Positions 56,268 through 64,000 of a DNA stretch of 64,000 nt are shown here, one piece after another; the first letter of the stretch is position 1, and each line of letters opens with the position of its first letter. The notes under the pieces are model-generated. The model had not been told where the DNA came from. It ran no database searches and saw nothing but the letters and a program-made list of their open reading frames with translations. A program made the translations under genes and the position numbers. Source of the stretch: an uncultured Bdellovibrionales bacterium (GTDB lineage Bacteria > Bdellovibrionota_C > UBA2361 > SZUA-149 > CAZDIO01); the NCBI GenBank assembly GCA_964505555.1, contig CAZDIO010000102.1, forward strand, positions 13,355-77,354. Direction: 5' to 3'.

Positions 56268-57695
56268 TTACCGAAAGAACAAAAACAAAAGAAGGAAAGT
56301 TCCTCCGTTTACCAAAGCGTGAGCAAGCATTGGGGCGATTAGGGAATTTCTCCACTCTCGAAGGAACGCTAACATCATTCCCACGATAGTCAGCGGAACT
56401 ACTCCGATCGGGCCTTGGGGGTGAACTGCCGCAAATATTACGGCTGAGGCAAAGATTGAAAACCCTGCTCCAAAGTGGTCCCGCAGCCATGAATAGAGTG
56501 CACCCCGAAACATGAGTTCCTCAACAAATGGTGCGACTACCACCCCAAGTACCAGTATCAGGAACACTGTTTTATTATCTGCAGAAAGAAGCATCGGAAC
56601 TACCGGATGAGCTCCTTGGTTGAGGTCCACTCCAAGAGCTTCAAGAGCGAGTGAATAAGGAACGATGACAATGAAGATGATCGTCCATAACGCAAGATAG
56701 GAGATAACGGCAGTTCCCGCGTTTCCAAAAAACCATCGAATTCCGCCACAGGTAATTCCTAACATCTTTTTTATCTCTACCCATTGTACCTTAAAAAATT
56801 TGGGCCAAAGCACAAGTAAGGAGAGGCTTACAATACCTACAAGATTTACTAACAAGGGATCTACAGAGGGGTTTCTTACCGCTACAAACCTCAACCCCAC
56901 AGAGGCGATCAACATCCCAAGAAGATAGAGACAAAAGATCTCCAGTCCATAGGGAGAAACACCGGGGACCTGTTGAAACCGAAAGTGAAACTTTCCCCGA
57001 ATAAGCTGTATTCCAAGAATGAGCGCGGAGAGAAAACTTATTACGGCTAAAATAATAAAGATAAAAAGTGCAACGAAAACCTTCATAAAGGTGTAATTTG
57101 CCTCCTCATATAAAGAGGACTCAAGCGCAGACAGCGTTTCCTTTGTGTCTTTTGCCAGAGCTACAACATAGAGCTTTCCAAACCACCCCCAACTGTTTAC
57201 CGCAACGGTAGCTTCTGCTTCGCTGAGGGGTGTATCTTTTGTGAGTATTTCATTCTTTTTAGGATCGTTATTTTGGGATAATTTCCCTCTCAGTTCAGTT
57301 ACAACATCGGAGAGTCCGAAATACTTTGCAGCGATAATCTTTCTTATAAGCAATGCTTGAGCAGAGGCATTATCTGATTTGTTCAATGGAGATTCTGCGC
57401 GGAGGATAGATCGAAACATCTCTCGCGCTTGTGCGCTGACCTCTTTTACCTCCTCTGGGCTATCTGCGATCTCTGTGGGATTTGCTTCGATGTAGCGAAG
57501 TGCACCGATGACCAACTGGGTTTGAATGGTAAAGAGCTTGATCTCTAAATCAGTACGAAAATCAATGGTTTGCGAGGGATCAGGGAGCGTTTTTGGTGCG
57601 GGGGACTTTTGCCAGGAACTAACGATCGTTAGCCCAAGGAGCACAACAAATAGTGATAAAAAAAAATATCTTCTTTTCTTTTCCATAAAGAACAA
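56268..57695 (-). CDS. CPBP-family intramembrane glutamic endopeptidase (CAAX protease/Abi domain) with large N-terminal extracytoplasmic domain
   Basis: 475 aa. C-terminal EELMFRGALYSW...FAAVHPQ...HALVNG motifs (EExxxR, FxxxH, HxxxN). Confidence 0.75.
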   Translation of the reverse strand: MFFMEKKRRYFFLSLFVVLLGLTIVSSWQKSPAPKTLPDPSQTIDFRTDLEIKLFTIQTQLVIGALRYIEANPTEIADSPEEVKEVSAQAREMFRSILRAESPLNKSDNASAQALLIRKIIAAKYFGLSDVVTELRGKLSQNNDPKKNEILTKDTPLSEAEATVAVNSWGWFGKLYVVALAKDTKETLSALESSLYEEANYTFMKVFVALFIFIILAVISFLSALILGIQLIRGKFHFRFQQVPGVSPYGLEIFCLYLLGMLIASVGLRFVAVRNPSVDPLLVNLVGIVSLSLLVLWPKFFKVQWVEIKKMLGITCGGIRWFFGNAGTAVISYLALWTIIFIVIVPYSLALEALGVDLNQGAHPVVPMLLSADNKTVFLILVLGVVVAPFVEELMFRGALYSWLRDHFGAGFSIFASAVIFAAVHPQGPIGVVPLTIVGMMLAFLREWRNSLIAPMLAHALVNGGTFLLLFLFFR

Positions 57696-57768
57696 TGTGC
57701 ACTCTCTTCGTTTCGGATATATAACTGAGGAAACGTAACATTGTTTGTACGCGAATTAAAAGCTTATT

Positions 57769-58488
57769 TTGGTAACAAGAGTTTTTCATAGGGATTTAGA
57801 ACTGCTCTTCATCAGAGCGGTACGAACCCTTTTTGGCTATATTTTGAGCTCTACAGAGAGCAAGCTCCTTGTTGGGCTCCCCGGTGGAAGAAGTGTCACG
57901 CCGTTTCTTGAGCAGCTTGTGCGGCTTCATGATGAATTAGGAAGAAGGGAGTGGGAGAGACTGCACTTTTTTTTTGTAGATGAAAGAATGGTTTCACTTC
58001 AGTCACCAGAGAGTAATTATCACTTAGTGCAGAGTGTGTTTTTTGAACCTGCCCTCAATGAGGGGTTTCTTACTGAAAGTCAGATTCATCCCTTTATCTA
58101 CGATCAAGAAAAAAAAGATGAGGGACTCTCAGACTATAATGATGCCTTTAATTCTTTGGGGGGAAGGTTTCACATCGTCATCTTAGGAGTAGGGGAGGAT
58201 GGTCATATCGCCTCACTTTTTCCAAAGCACCCTTCGATACGAGAGACCGTTGAGCGATTTGTTTTTACCGAGAACTCACCAAAACCTCCCCTTCGAAGAA
58301 TTACAGCGACACGTTCGATGCTTTCAAAGGCTGAGTGTGGAATGGCGATCTTTGTAGGAGAGGGGAAGATGGAGGCGTATCAGCGCTTCTATAATAACGA
58401 TCTTACGGTAGAAGAATGTCCAGTAAAGCTCTTAAAAGATATTGACGAAATGTATCTCATTACTAATCTCCCCGGTAAGGATGAATGA
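57769..58488 (+). CDS. pgl: 6-phosphogluconolactonase
   Basis: 239 aa. VGLPGGRSVTPFLEQL and FHIVILGVGEDGHIASLFP motifs. Confidence 0.8.
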   Translation: MVTRVFHRDLELLFIRAVRTLFGYILSSTESKLLVGLPGGRSVTPFLEQLVRLHDELGRREWERLHFFFVDERMVSLQSPESNYHLVQSVFFEPALNEGFLTESQIHPFIYDQEKKDEGLSDYNDAFNSLGGRFHIVILGVGEDGHIASLFPKHPSIRETVERFVFTENSPKPPLRRITATRSMLSKAECGMAIFVGEGKMEAYQRFYNNDLTVEECPVKLLKDIDEMYLITNLPGKDE

Positions 58489-59705
58489 GCAACACCTCTT
58501 TTCCCAAGCAAAAGTTAAAGATCTTAATTCTTGAAAACATTGATCATATCGCCTGTGTGCGGTTTCAAGAAGCGGGATACTCCCCAGAGGAGATAACTCG
58601 TTCTCTTAAAGAGGATGAGTTACTAGAGGCGATTGAAGATGCTCATGTTCTTTGCATCCGTTCAAAAACCAAGGTCACGAAGGAACATTTAAAAAAGGCA
58701 AAACGACTTCTGGTTATTGGGTGCTTTGGTGTGGGCACCAATCAGGTTGCAACCGAAGAGGCAACAAATCTAGGAATCCCAGTTTTTAATGCGCCCTACA
58801 GTAGCACACGAAGTGTTGCAGAACTTGCGATCGGATGTGTAATTATGCTTGCCCGGAATGCTTTTTCTGCAAGTGAAAAGATGCATCAGGGGATGTGGGA
58901 GAAGAGTTCCTCAGGATCCTATGAGGTCCGAGAAAAAGTTATCGGTATCGTTGGCTATGGTCATATCGGTCAACAGGTGGGGCTTCTTGCAGAAGCACTT
59001 GGTCTTCAGGTACTTTTTTATGACTCCATAAAGAAGCTCCCCCTTGGTCGGGCACGCCAGGTCTCCTCACTTCAGGAGTTATTAAAAGAATCAGATTTTG
59101 TATCGCTTCATGTGCCCGGGCTTTCTCGCGAACTTCTTGGGGCAAGTGAGCTCTCCTTAATGAAGCAAGGAAGTTATCTGTTGAACTTCTCTCGAGGAAA
59201 CACCGTATCTCTTGCCGCATTAAAAGAAGCTCTTCAATCGAACCACCTTGCAGGGGCAGCGATTGATGTTTACCCAAATGAACCAAAAACAAACAAAGAA
59301 CCGTTTCAGTGTGAACTTGCCACCCTCAATAACGTAATTCTTACTCCGCACATCGGAGGAAGTACGGAAGAAGCACAATATAAAATTGCGTTAGAGGTAA
59401 GTGCCTCTCTTCTTGGATATATTGAGTCAGGAGCTACAATGGGCGCAGTGAATTTTCCTCAAGTCAATCTTCCCCCATTTCCAAATTCCCACCGCATTCT
59501 CAATATTCACCGAAACGTTCCTGGGGTGTTGAGTGAGGTAAATAAAATCATCTCCGATCTTGGGGCGAATATAGATGCTCAACACCTCAGCACCTATAAA
59601 GAGATAGGGTATCTAATCATGGATATCAATAAAACACTCTCTGACGAAGTGAGGGAGAGTATCTCACGACTTGATAGCAATCTTAAAACGCGGGTGTTGT
59701 ACTAA
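58485..59705 (+). CDS. serA: D-3-phosphoglycerate dehydrogenase (2-hydroxyacid dehydrogenase + C-terminal ACT domain)
   Basis: 406 aa. GxGxxG (GIVGYGHIGQQVG), catalytic region HIGGST-E, and C-terminal ACT-like ~70 aa. Confidence 0.85.
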   Translation: MSNTSFPKQKLKILILENIDHIACVRFQEAGYSPEEITRSLKEDELLEAIEDAHVLCIRSKTKVTKEHLKKAKRLLVIGCFGVGTNQVATEEATNLGIPVFNAPYSSTRSVAELAIGCVIMLARNAFSASEKMHQGMWEKSSSGSYEVREKVIGIVGYGHIGQQVGLLAEALGLQVLFYDSIKKLPLGRARQVSSLQELLKESDFVSLHVPGLSRELLGASELSLMKQGSYLLNFSRGNTVSLAALKEALQSNHLAGAAIDVYPNEPKTNKEPFQCELATLNNVILTPHIGGSTEEAQYKIALEVSASLLGYIESGATMGAVNFPQVNLPPFPNSHRILNIHRNVPGVLSEVNKIISDLGANIDAQHLSTYKEIGYLIMDINKTLSDEVRESISRLDSNLKTRVLY

Positions 59706-59725
59706 CTGACCATCCCTTGGTCATT

Positions 59726-59782
59726 CCTGTTCCTACGACCCGAATATCCTGGATGATGCGCCCCTTCGCTCGCAACGACAGG
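59726..59782. repeat. Family C repeat, degenerate copy C3 (intact right arm cttcgctcgcaacgacagg, decayed left arm)
   Basis: cctgttcctacgacccgaa ... cttcgctcgcaacgacagg. The left arm has ~5 mismatches versus cctgtcgttgcgagccggg. Confidence 0.6.
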
Positions 59783-59979
59783 ATTCTTGCCACCCTTAAG
59801 GTAGAACACTCTAGTTTAGAAGCGAGCAGCGGTTTGACCCATATGGAGAGTTCTGTTACTTCGAGGGCACCTCGATGAGGTGTTGTTATCACTGGTTGTT
59901 CTTTTCATGATTCCAATTTTCTTTGGGTATTTGACTAAAGACATTCCCTTCCTTTCTTACGTTTCGCAAACGTTGGAGA

Positions 59980-60450
59980 GTGCGGGTATGTCTGTCTATG
60001 GGGGTTGAAGAAAGGAGGAGAAAGGCTGTGAATGTTTTAGCGTATGGGACGTTGATGTTTCCTGAAGTTATGGAAGCACTTACCGGGAAGCAGTTTCCCT
60101 CTGAAGCATATGAGCTGAAGGGGTTTGTGCGGAGAAGATTGATCGGCCAACTCTATCCAGGTCTTATAGAGAAGGTTGGAGAAACAGTTTGCTGTTCTCT
60201 CTATTTTGATATCGATCCAGCTTCGTTGCAAATTCTCGATCAGGCCGAAGATCAATGTTACGAACGTAGAATGATGGAGGTTGTTTCGGTATCAAGAGGA
60301 GCTCTCTCCGCGCGAGTCTACGTAATACCTCTGACACGTGCGCGCTTGTTGAGTGAGGAGAGGTGGGATCATGAAGCATTCAGAGAGAGGCACTTAACTG
60401 AGTATGTCATGCTGTGTAAGCAGCATCGACAGAGTCTGGGAAGTCAGTAA
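59980..60450 (+). CDS. Gamma-glutamyl cyclotransferase-like (AIG2/GGACT fold) protein
   Basis: 156 aa. VLAYGTLMFPEVM... (YGTL motif) and Glu-containing core. True start may be GTG near 60030. Confidence 0.65.
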   Translation: MRVCLSMGVEERRRKAVNVLAYGTLMFPEVMEALTGKQFPSEAYELKGFVRRRLIGQLYPGLIEKVGETVCCSLYFDIDPASLQILDQAEDQCYERRMMEVVSVSRGALSARVYVIPLTRARLLSEERWDHEAFRERHLTEYVMLCKQHRQSLGSQ

Positions 60451-60677
60451 AGGGTGCGGACGCTAGAGAGTTCTTGGTTTTAAGAAAGGAGGTTAAAACG
60501 AACCATCATAGCGCACTATCCGCACTTTATCTTCCATTTTATCTCTTACGTTTTTCATTCTATTGCTAGAAATTACGAATATCGTTTAAAAATATTTAAT
60601 GTTGTAAAGGGGTTTGGGCAGACTTCGAGAGGATAGGGGGTTTTACTTACAGCGCTTTTTTCAGTCTCGCCCAAAGG

Positions 60678-61130
60678 TTGCCGATACACCCATGGAGCTT
60701 CCATCATAGAGAGGGTTTCTTGGAAGAAAACGAAATAGCAAATTACACCGTACTAGTTGCAGAAGACGAGAGCATATCACTCTATGTTCTTGGAACTCTT
60801 GTCCAATGGGCGGGAGGCGTTCCGATTCTTGTGCGAGATGGAAAGGAGGCATGGGAGTATCTTGAAAGTGGTGCTTCCTGCGATGCGCTCCTTACCGATC
60901 TCAAAATGCCAAATATGAGTGGAGAAGAACTTATCGCAAAAATTCGAAAAACTCCCTCACTTGCAAAACTTCCAATTATTATTGTTTCTGGAGTCAATAA
61001 CGAAGAGGTTGCTCCCTATCTTAGTGACCCTCATACCGCATACTTAGAAAAACCTATCGACCACACCACCTTTAAACGTGTATTGTCAGAAATGACGCCG
61101 CTCAATCCCTTTCGACCGTTACATTCCTAG
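60678..61130 (+). CDS. Single-domain response regulator (CheY-like receiver)
   Basis: 150 aa. VLVAEDE..., phospho-acceptor region ALLTDLKMPNMSG, and PIIIVSG. Confidence 0.8.
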   Translation: MPIHPWSFHHREGFLEENEIANYTVLVAEDESISLYVLGTLVQWAGGVPILVRDGKEAWEYLESGASCDALLTDLKMPNMSGEELIAKIRKTPSLAKLPIIIVSGVNNEEVAPYLSDPHTAYLEKPIDHTTFKRVLSEMTPLNPFRPLHS

Positions 61131-61169
61131 AAAGCGGCTCTCTGGTAAGTAAAACAATAGTTTTAGACA

Positions 61170-61649
61170 TTGATGAGAAACAATCTACCTACCTCCATTA
61201 TTTCTGGTCTTATCTGTGGAATAGTGGGTTTGTTTGCTGTGATGCATAGTGTCGGGATCGGCTTATTTTCGATGGGGTCCTTTCTCAAAGTCCCTGCGTA
61301 CTTACGGGTTATCGTTTCTCAAGCTAAAGAACCACTCGATGTTCAACTAGCTAAGAAGCTCAGTCGACGTGAAAATGTCGATTATCTTTCGCCTGTTCTC
61401 GCCCTTCGTGCTCTTTCTACAAATTGTATCGGTGTAACACAAAAGGCCCGCAGCGCTTTAGAAGAGGAACTCTATTTTTATCGTTATTTCTTGATGGAGA
61501 AGCAATTAGTTTTTACAGAAACGTATGTTGAAGATCAATTGCTTCCATGTTCTCATTTTATTTTAACCACGAAAGAGGCAGCAAATTACGAAACTTCGCT
61601 AAAGACTCTGCAGATATTAACTACATCACTTCGATTATATCAGAGATGA
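61170..61649 (+). CDS. Hypothetical protein with N-terminal TM
   Basis: 159 aa. Stop overlaps the next gene start (ATGA). Confidence 0.35.
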   Translation: MMRNNLPTSIISGLICGIVGLFAVMHSVGIGLFSMGSFLKVPAYLRVIVSQAKEPLDVQLAKKLSRRENVDYLSPVLALRALSTNCIGVTQKARSALEEELYFYRYFLMEKQLVFTETYVEDQLLPCSHFILTTKEAANYETSLKTLQILTTSLRLYQR

Positions 61650-63070
61650 AGATCGTTATTCTTCTAAGTTTTTTTCTTCCAGGTTTAGTGCTCTTCTACG
61701 GCGCACGCATTGATTTCGTGTTGAAGGTTCTTTTTGCTCTCGTCTACTCAATGGGAATTACCGTGCTTCTGTATTTAACAATTCTTGTTATCTCACCAGC
61801 ACCGATCGGGACAAACCTCACACTGACAATGCTTTTTGGGATAATGCTTAGTATTTACCTGCGAACAGCTGTTTTTTCCGAAGTAAAGAGAGAACATTTC
61901 CCGGATAATAAGAATCATCAAACGATAAAAAATATTGTGTTTGGATGCTCTTGTCTTCTTTTAGGTGTTCACCTGCTTTCAACACTTGCTGCAATCAAGA
62001 TCTCACCAGGAGTTGAGTGGGATGAGTTTGTTATTTGGAATATTCGGGGAAGGAGTATCTTCCAAACACAATCGTTAGCCGCAAATGTAAACTTCTTAGA
62101 TTATCCAGGATACCCCCCTCTCTGGCCTGCTCTTCTTTCAATCTGTTGGTATTTTGATGAACATTGTACCTATTTTCTTTCCCCCATTCTTTTAATGTTT
62201 ACAGTGCTTTTCTGCCTGCGGTGGATGCAGGAGCGAAGTCGATCAACAGTATTTCAGTTTCTTCTTCTTGGGTTTGCTCCAATAGTATATGGGCACTTCT
62301 TTCTTTGGGGAAACTCCTATCAACTGTATATCCCGTATGCAAATGTATGTGCGGGATGTTTTTTTACGATCGGTGTTCTCTGCTCTCTCTCGTATCTAGA
62401 AACAAAAGCACCACACGAGCTACTTCTTGGAGCGCTGAACTTGGCAGTAACCGTGTTGGTTCGTCCAGAAAGTTTGATCCATGTGTTGATTTTTTTTGGA
62501 TTGTTTACCCCAGTTCTTGTCAAGACCTTTCAAAAAGCGGGGATGGGAAAAAAAATAATTACCAAACGGGTTGTTCAACTGTTTTGTCCTGCAGGTGGTT
62601 TTTGGATCGTCTGGTCGGGATATCGAACGCTTTTTAAACTTGAAAATATCGGAGATCGGTACTTACAACGAGGAATTTCAGAGACATTTGCCATGTCTCT
62701 ATCTGACATAGTGTTTAAAATAAAATCTATTTTTGCCTACAGTTTTACACCATCTCGGCTTATTACTCCTTTTGAAAAGGAATTTTGTTTTTTACTGTTT
62801 CTTGTTTTCTTTATCTTAGGAAGTGGGATGTATTTTGTGGCAAAAAAGAGAGCGATGTTTCCTTCGCTATTTTTAGGGGTGTTGGTTTTTCTGCAGATAA
62901 GTGCGGTAATGATGATCTACTTAGTAACTTCAAACGTTAAGCCAATTGATTGGTGGTTAGTAACAGGCTACTGGCGAATGACCGCTTCTTACATGCTCTT
63001 ACTTTTTGTTTTTCTCTTTGAAACAGCCAATGGGATATTTTCTAGAGTAGAACAACATCACGGCGATTAG
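61646..63070 (+). CDS. Polytopic membrane protein (GT-C-like glycosyltransferase candidate)
   Basis: About 474 aa from MKIVILLSFF. 12 or more TM. Followed by repeat B2. Confidence 0.4.
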   Translation: MKIVILLSFFLPGLVLFYGARIDFVLKVLFALVYSMGITVLLYLTILVISPAPIGTNLTLTMLFGIMLSIYLRTAVFSEVKREHFPDNKNHQTIKNIVFGCSCLLLGVHLLSTLAAIKISPGVEWDEFVIWNIRGRSIFQTQSLAANVNFLDYPGYPPLWPALLSICWYFDEHCTYFLSPILLMFTVLFCLRWMQERSRSTVFQFLLLGFAPIVYGHFFLWGNSYQLYIPYANVCAGCFFTIGVLCSLSYLETKAPHELLLGALNLAVTVLVRPESLIHVLIFFGLFTPVLVKTFQKAGMGKKIITKRVVQLFCPAGGFWIVWSGYRTLFKLENIGDRYLQRGISETFAMSLSDIVFKIKSIFAYSFTPSRLITPFEKEFCFLLFLVFFILGSGMYFVAKKRAMFPSLFLGVLVFLQISAVMMIYLVTSNVKPIDWWLVTGYWRMTASYMLLLFVFLFETANGIFSRVEQHHGD

Positions 63071-63096
63071 TTAGGGTTCTGGAAGAAAGATTATAA

Positions 63097-63190
63097 AACC
63101 ACAGAGACACAGAGTCGCAGAGAAGATCAACAAAATCCTTTTCTCCGTATTCTATCTCTGTGTCTCTGTGTCTCTGCGTCTCTGTGGTTT
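63097..63190. repeat. Family B palindromic repeat, copy B2 (one extra ctctgtgt unit)
   Basis: aaccacagagacacagagtcgcagagaag...tctatctctgtgtctctgtgtctctgcgtctctgtggttt. Confidence 0.85.
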
Positions 63191-63459
63191 TATTAAAAAT
63201 CTTTAATTTATGGCTGTAAAAGCGAGAGGACTTCTATATCTAAATTGTTTACACACTAATCAAGTCGACAATCCTTCTGCAATTGTCTATCCAAAAACCG
63301 TATTTCGACACTATTTCTTATCGTCATGCATCAAAAAAGAATGATCAAAAGCCATAGTTTTGCCTGAATTTTTAGGGAGTTGTGAGTTGTTTTGTAGGTG
63401 ACTGTAATCCGGGCGATCCAGAAGGGCGATAATAATTTTTCAGAAACGGAAATTCCACC

Positions 63460-64000
63460 ATGACAAAAGACCAAGTGTTGGTAGTTGTGCCTAATTACAA
63501 CGGTGGAAAAATCGTATTGGAATGTATCCAATCAATTTTAAAACAAACCTACCCACACATTGAACTGGTTGTTGTTGATAATGCCTCCACAGATGGCTCT
63601 CGTGCTGAAATAGAAAAAACATTTCCACAACTCCGAATCATCGATTCCGGATACAACGCGGGATGGGGTATCGCCTGTAACATCGGAATGAAGGCAAGTG
63701 AAAGCGAATACATCGTTCTTGTAAATAATGACGCTGTTTTAGATCCTCACTGCGTAGAGGAGATGGTCAAAGTTGTTACTTCAGACAAACGTTGTGGTTC
63801 GGTAGCAAGCCGTATTTTGTTGATGGATAAACCAGATACCATCGAAGTATGTGGCTTGGTAATTTATCGAGACGGTTTTTCCTGCGGACGGGGTCGGCTT
63901 GAGAGCGCAAACCGTTACTTAGAAGCTGAAGAGGTATTTTGTGCCAACGACTGTTGTTGTCTCTACCGTCGTGAGATGATTAACGACATTGGAGATTACG
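63460..64000 (+). CDS. Glycosyltransferase family 2 (5' part; runs off right edge)
   Basis: MTKDQVLVVVPNYNGGKIVLECIQSI...VVVDNASTDGS...DNDAV. Open to the window end. Confidence 0.75.
   Translation, partial: MTKDQVLVVVPNYNGGKIVLECIQSILKQTYPHIELVVVDNASTDGSRAEIEKTFPQLRIIDSGYNAGWGIACNIGMKASESEYIVLVNNDAVLDPHCVEEMVKVVTSDKRCGSVASRILLMDKPDTIEVCGLVIYRDGFSCGRGRLESANRYLEAEEVFCANDCCCLYRREMINDIGDY

Noticed and set aside
56141-56389. 82-aa ORF (MRAGRPGRRAKRSNL…) and neighbouring 56004-56249 / 56242-56490 ORFs
   Set aside because: They lie entirely within or across the family-C palindromic repeat and its nested hairpins. The Arg/Gly/Pro-rich translation is a by-product of the GC-rich palindrome, not a gene.

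Overview
This 64 kb window is bacterial and gene-dense on both strands. It splits into three parts. (1) About 1–27 kb is a large surface-polysaccharide or O-antigen-type biosynthesis locus. It contains a Wzz-like chain-length determinant, Wzx and Wzy-like membrane proteins, a polyprenyl-phosphate sugar phosphotransferase, GT2 and GT4 glycosyltransferases and GT-C-like membrane proteins. It also contains three DegT-family sugar aminotransferases, a Gfo/Idh/MocA oxidoreductase, a hexapeptide acetyltransferase, an SDR epimerase/dehydratase, several methyltransferases, an LTA-synthase/sulfatase-like protein and, unusually, a split transketolase. (2) About 27–43.5 kb is mixed housekeeping and accessory sequence. 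It holds a UbiD-like decarboxylase, a short flagellin with an upstream lytic transglycosylase, an OsmC-like protein and an RHH + nucleotidyltransferase pair. It also holds isocitrate dehydrogenase, a Rep-like initiator followed by an ~0.9 kb AT-rich gap and parAB, then a polyprenyl synthetase, hemD and hemB. (3) About 43.5–53.3 kb is a partial injectisome-type type III secretion locus. It comprises a sigma-28-like sigma factor translationally coupled to sctJ, a split sctQ (N-part plus separate SpoA/FliN-like C-part), two small needle/rod-like ORFs, sctV and a TPR lipoprotein. In front of it lie a Gly-zipper protein and a degraded higB/higA module. This region is punctuated by three families of long palindromic (hairpin) repeats, here called A, B and C. 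Families A and B share CACAGAG/CTCTGTG sub-repeats. Family A has 6 copies, family B 2 copies and family C 3 copies; each copy lies just after the end of a + strand gene. The window ends (53–64 kb) with more glycosyltransferases, a CPBP protease, pgl, serA, a response regulator and a truncated GT2 gene at the right edge. No rRNA, tRNA or CRISPR array was found. Taxon is not determinable from sequence alone. An injectisome SctV/SctJ together with a flagellin suggests an environmental Gram-negative, possibly PVC/Chlamydiae-like. All calls rest on reading the translated ORFs and the nucleotide sequence; no database search was run.
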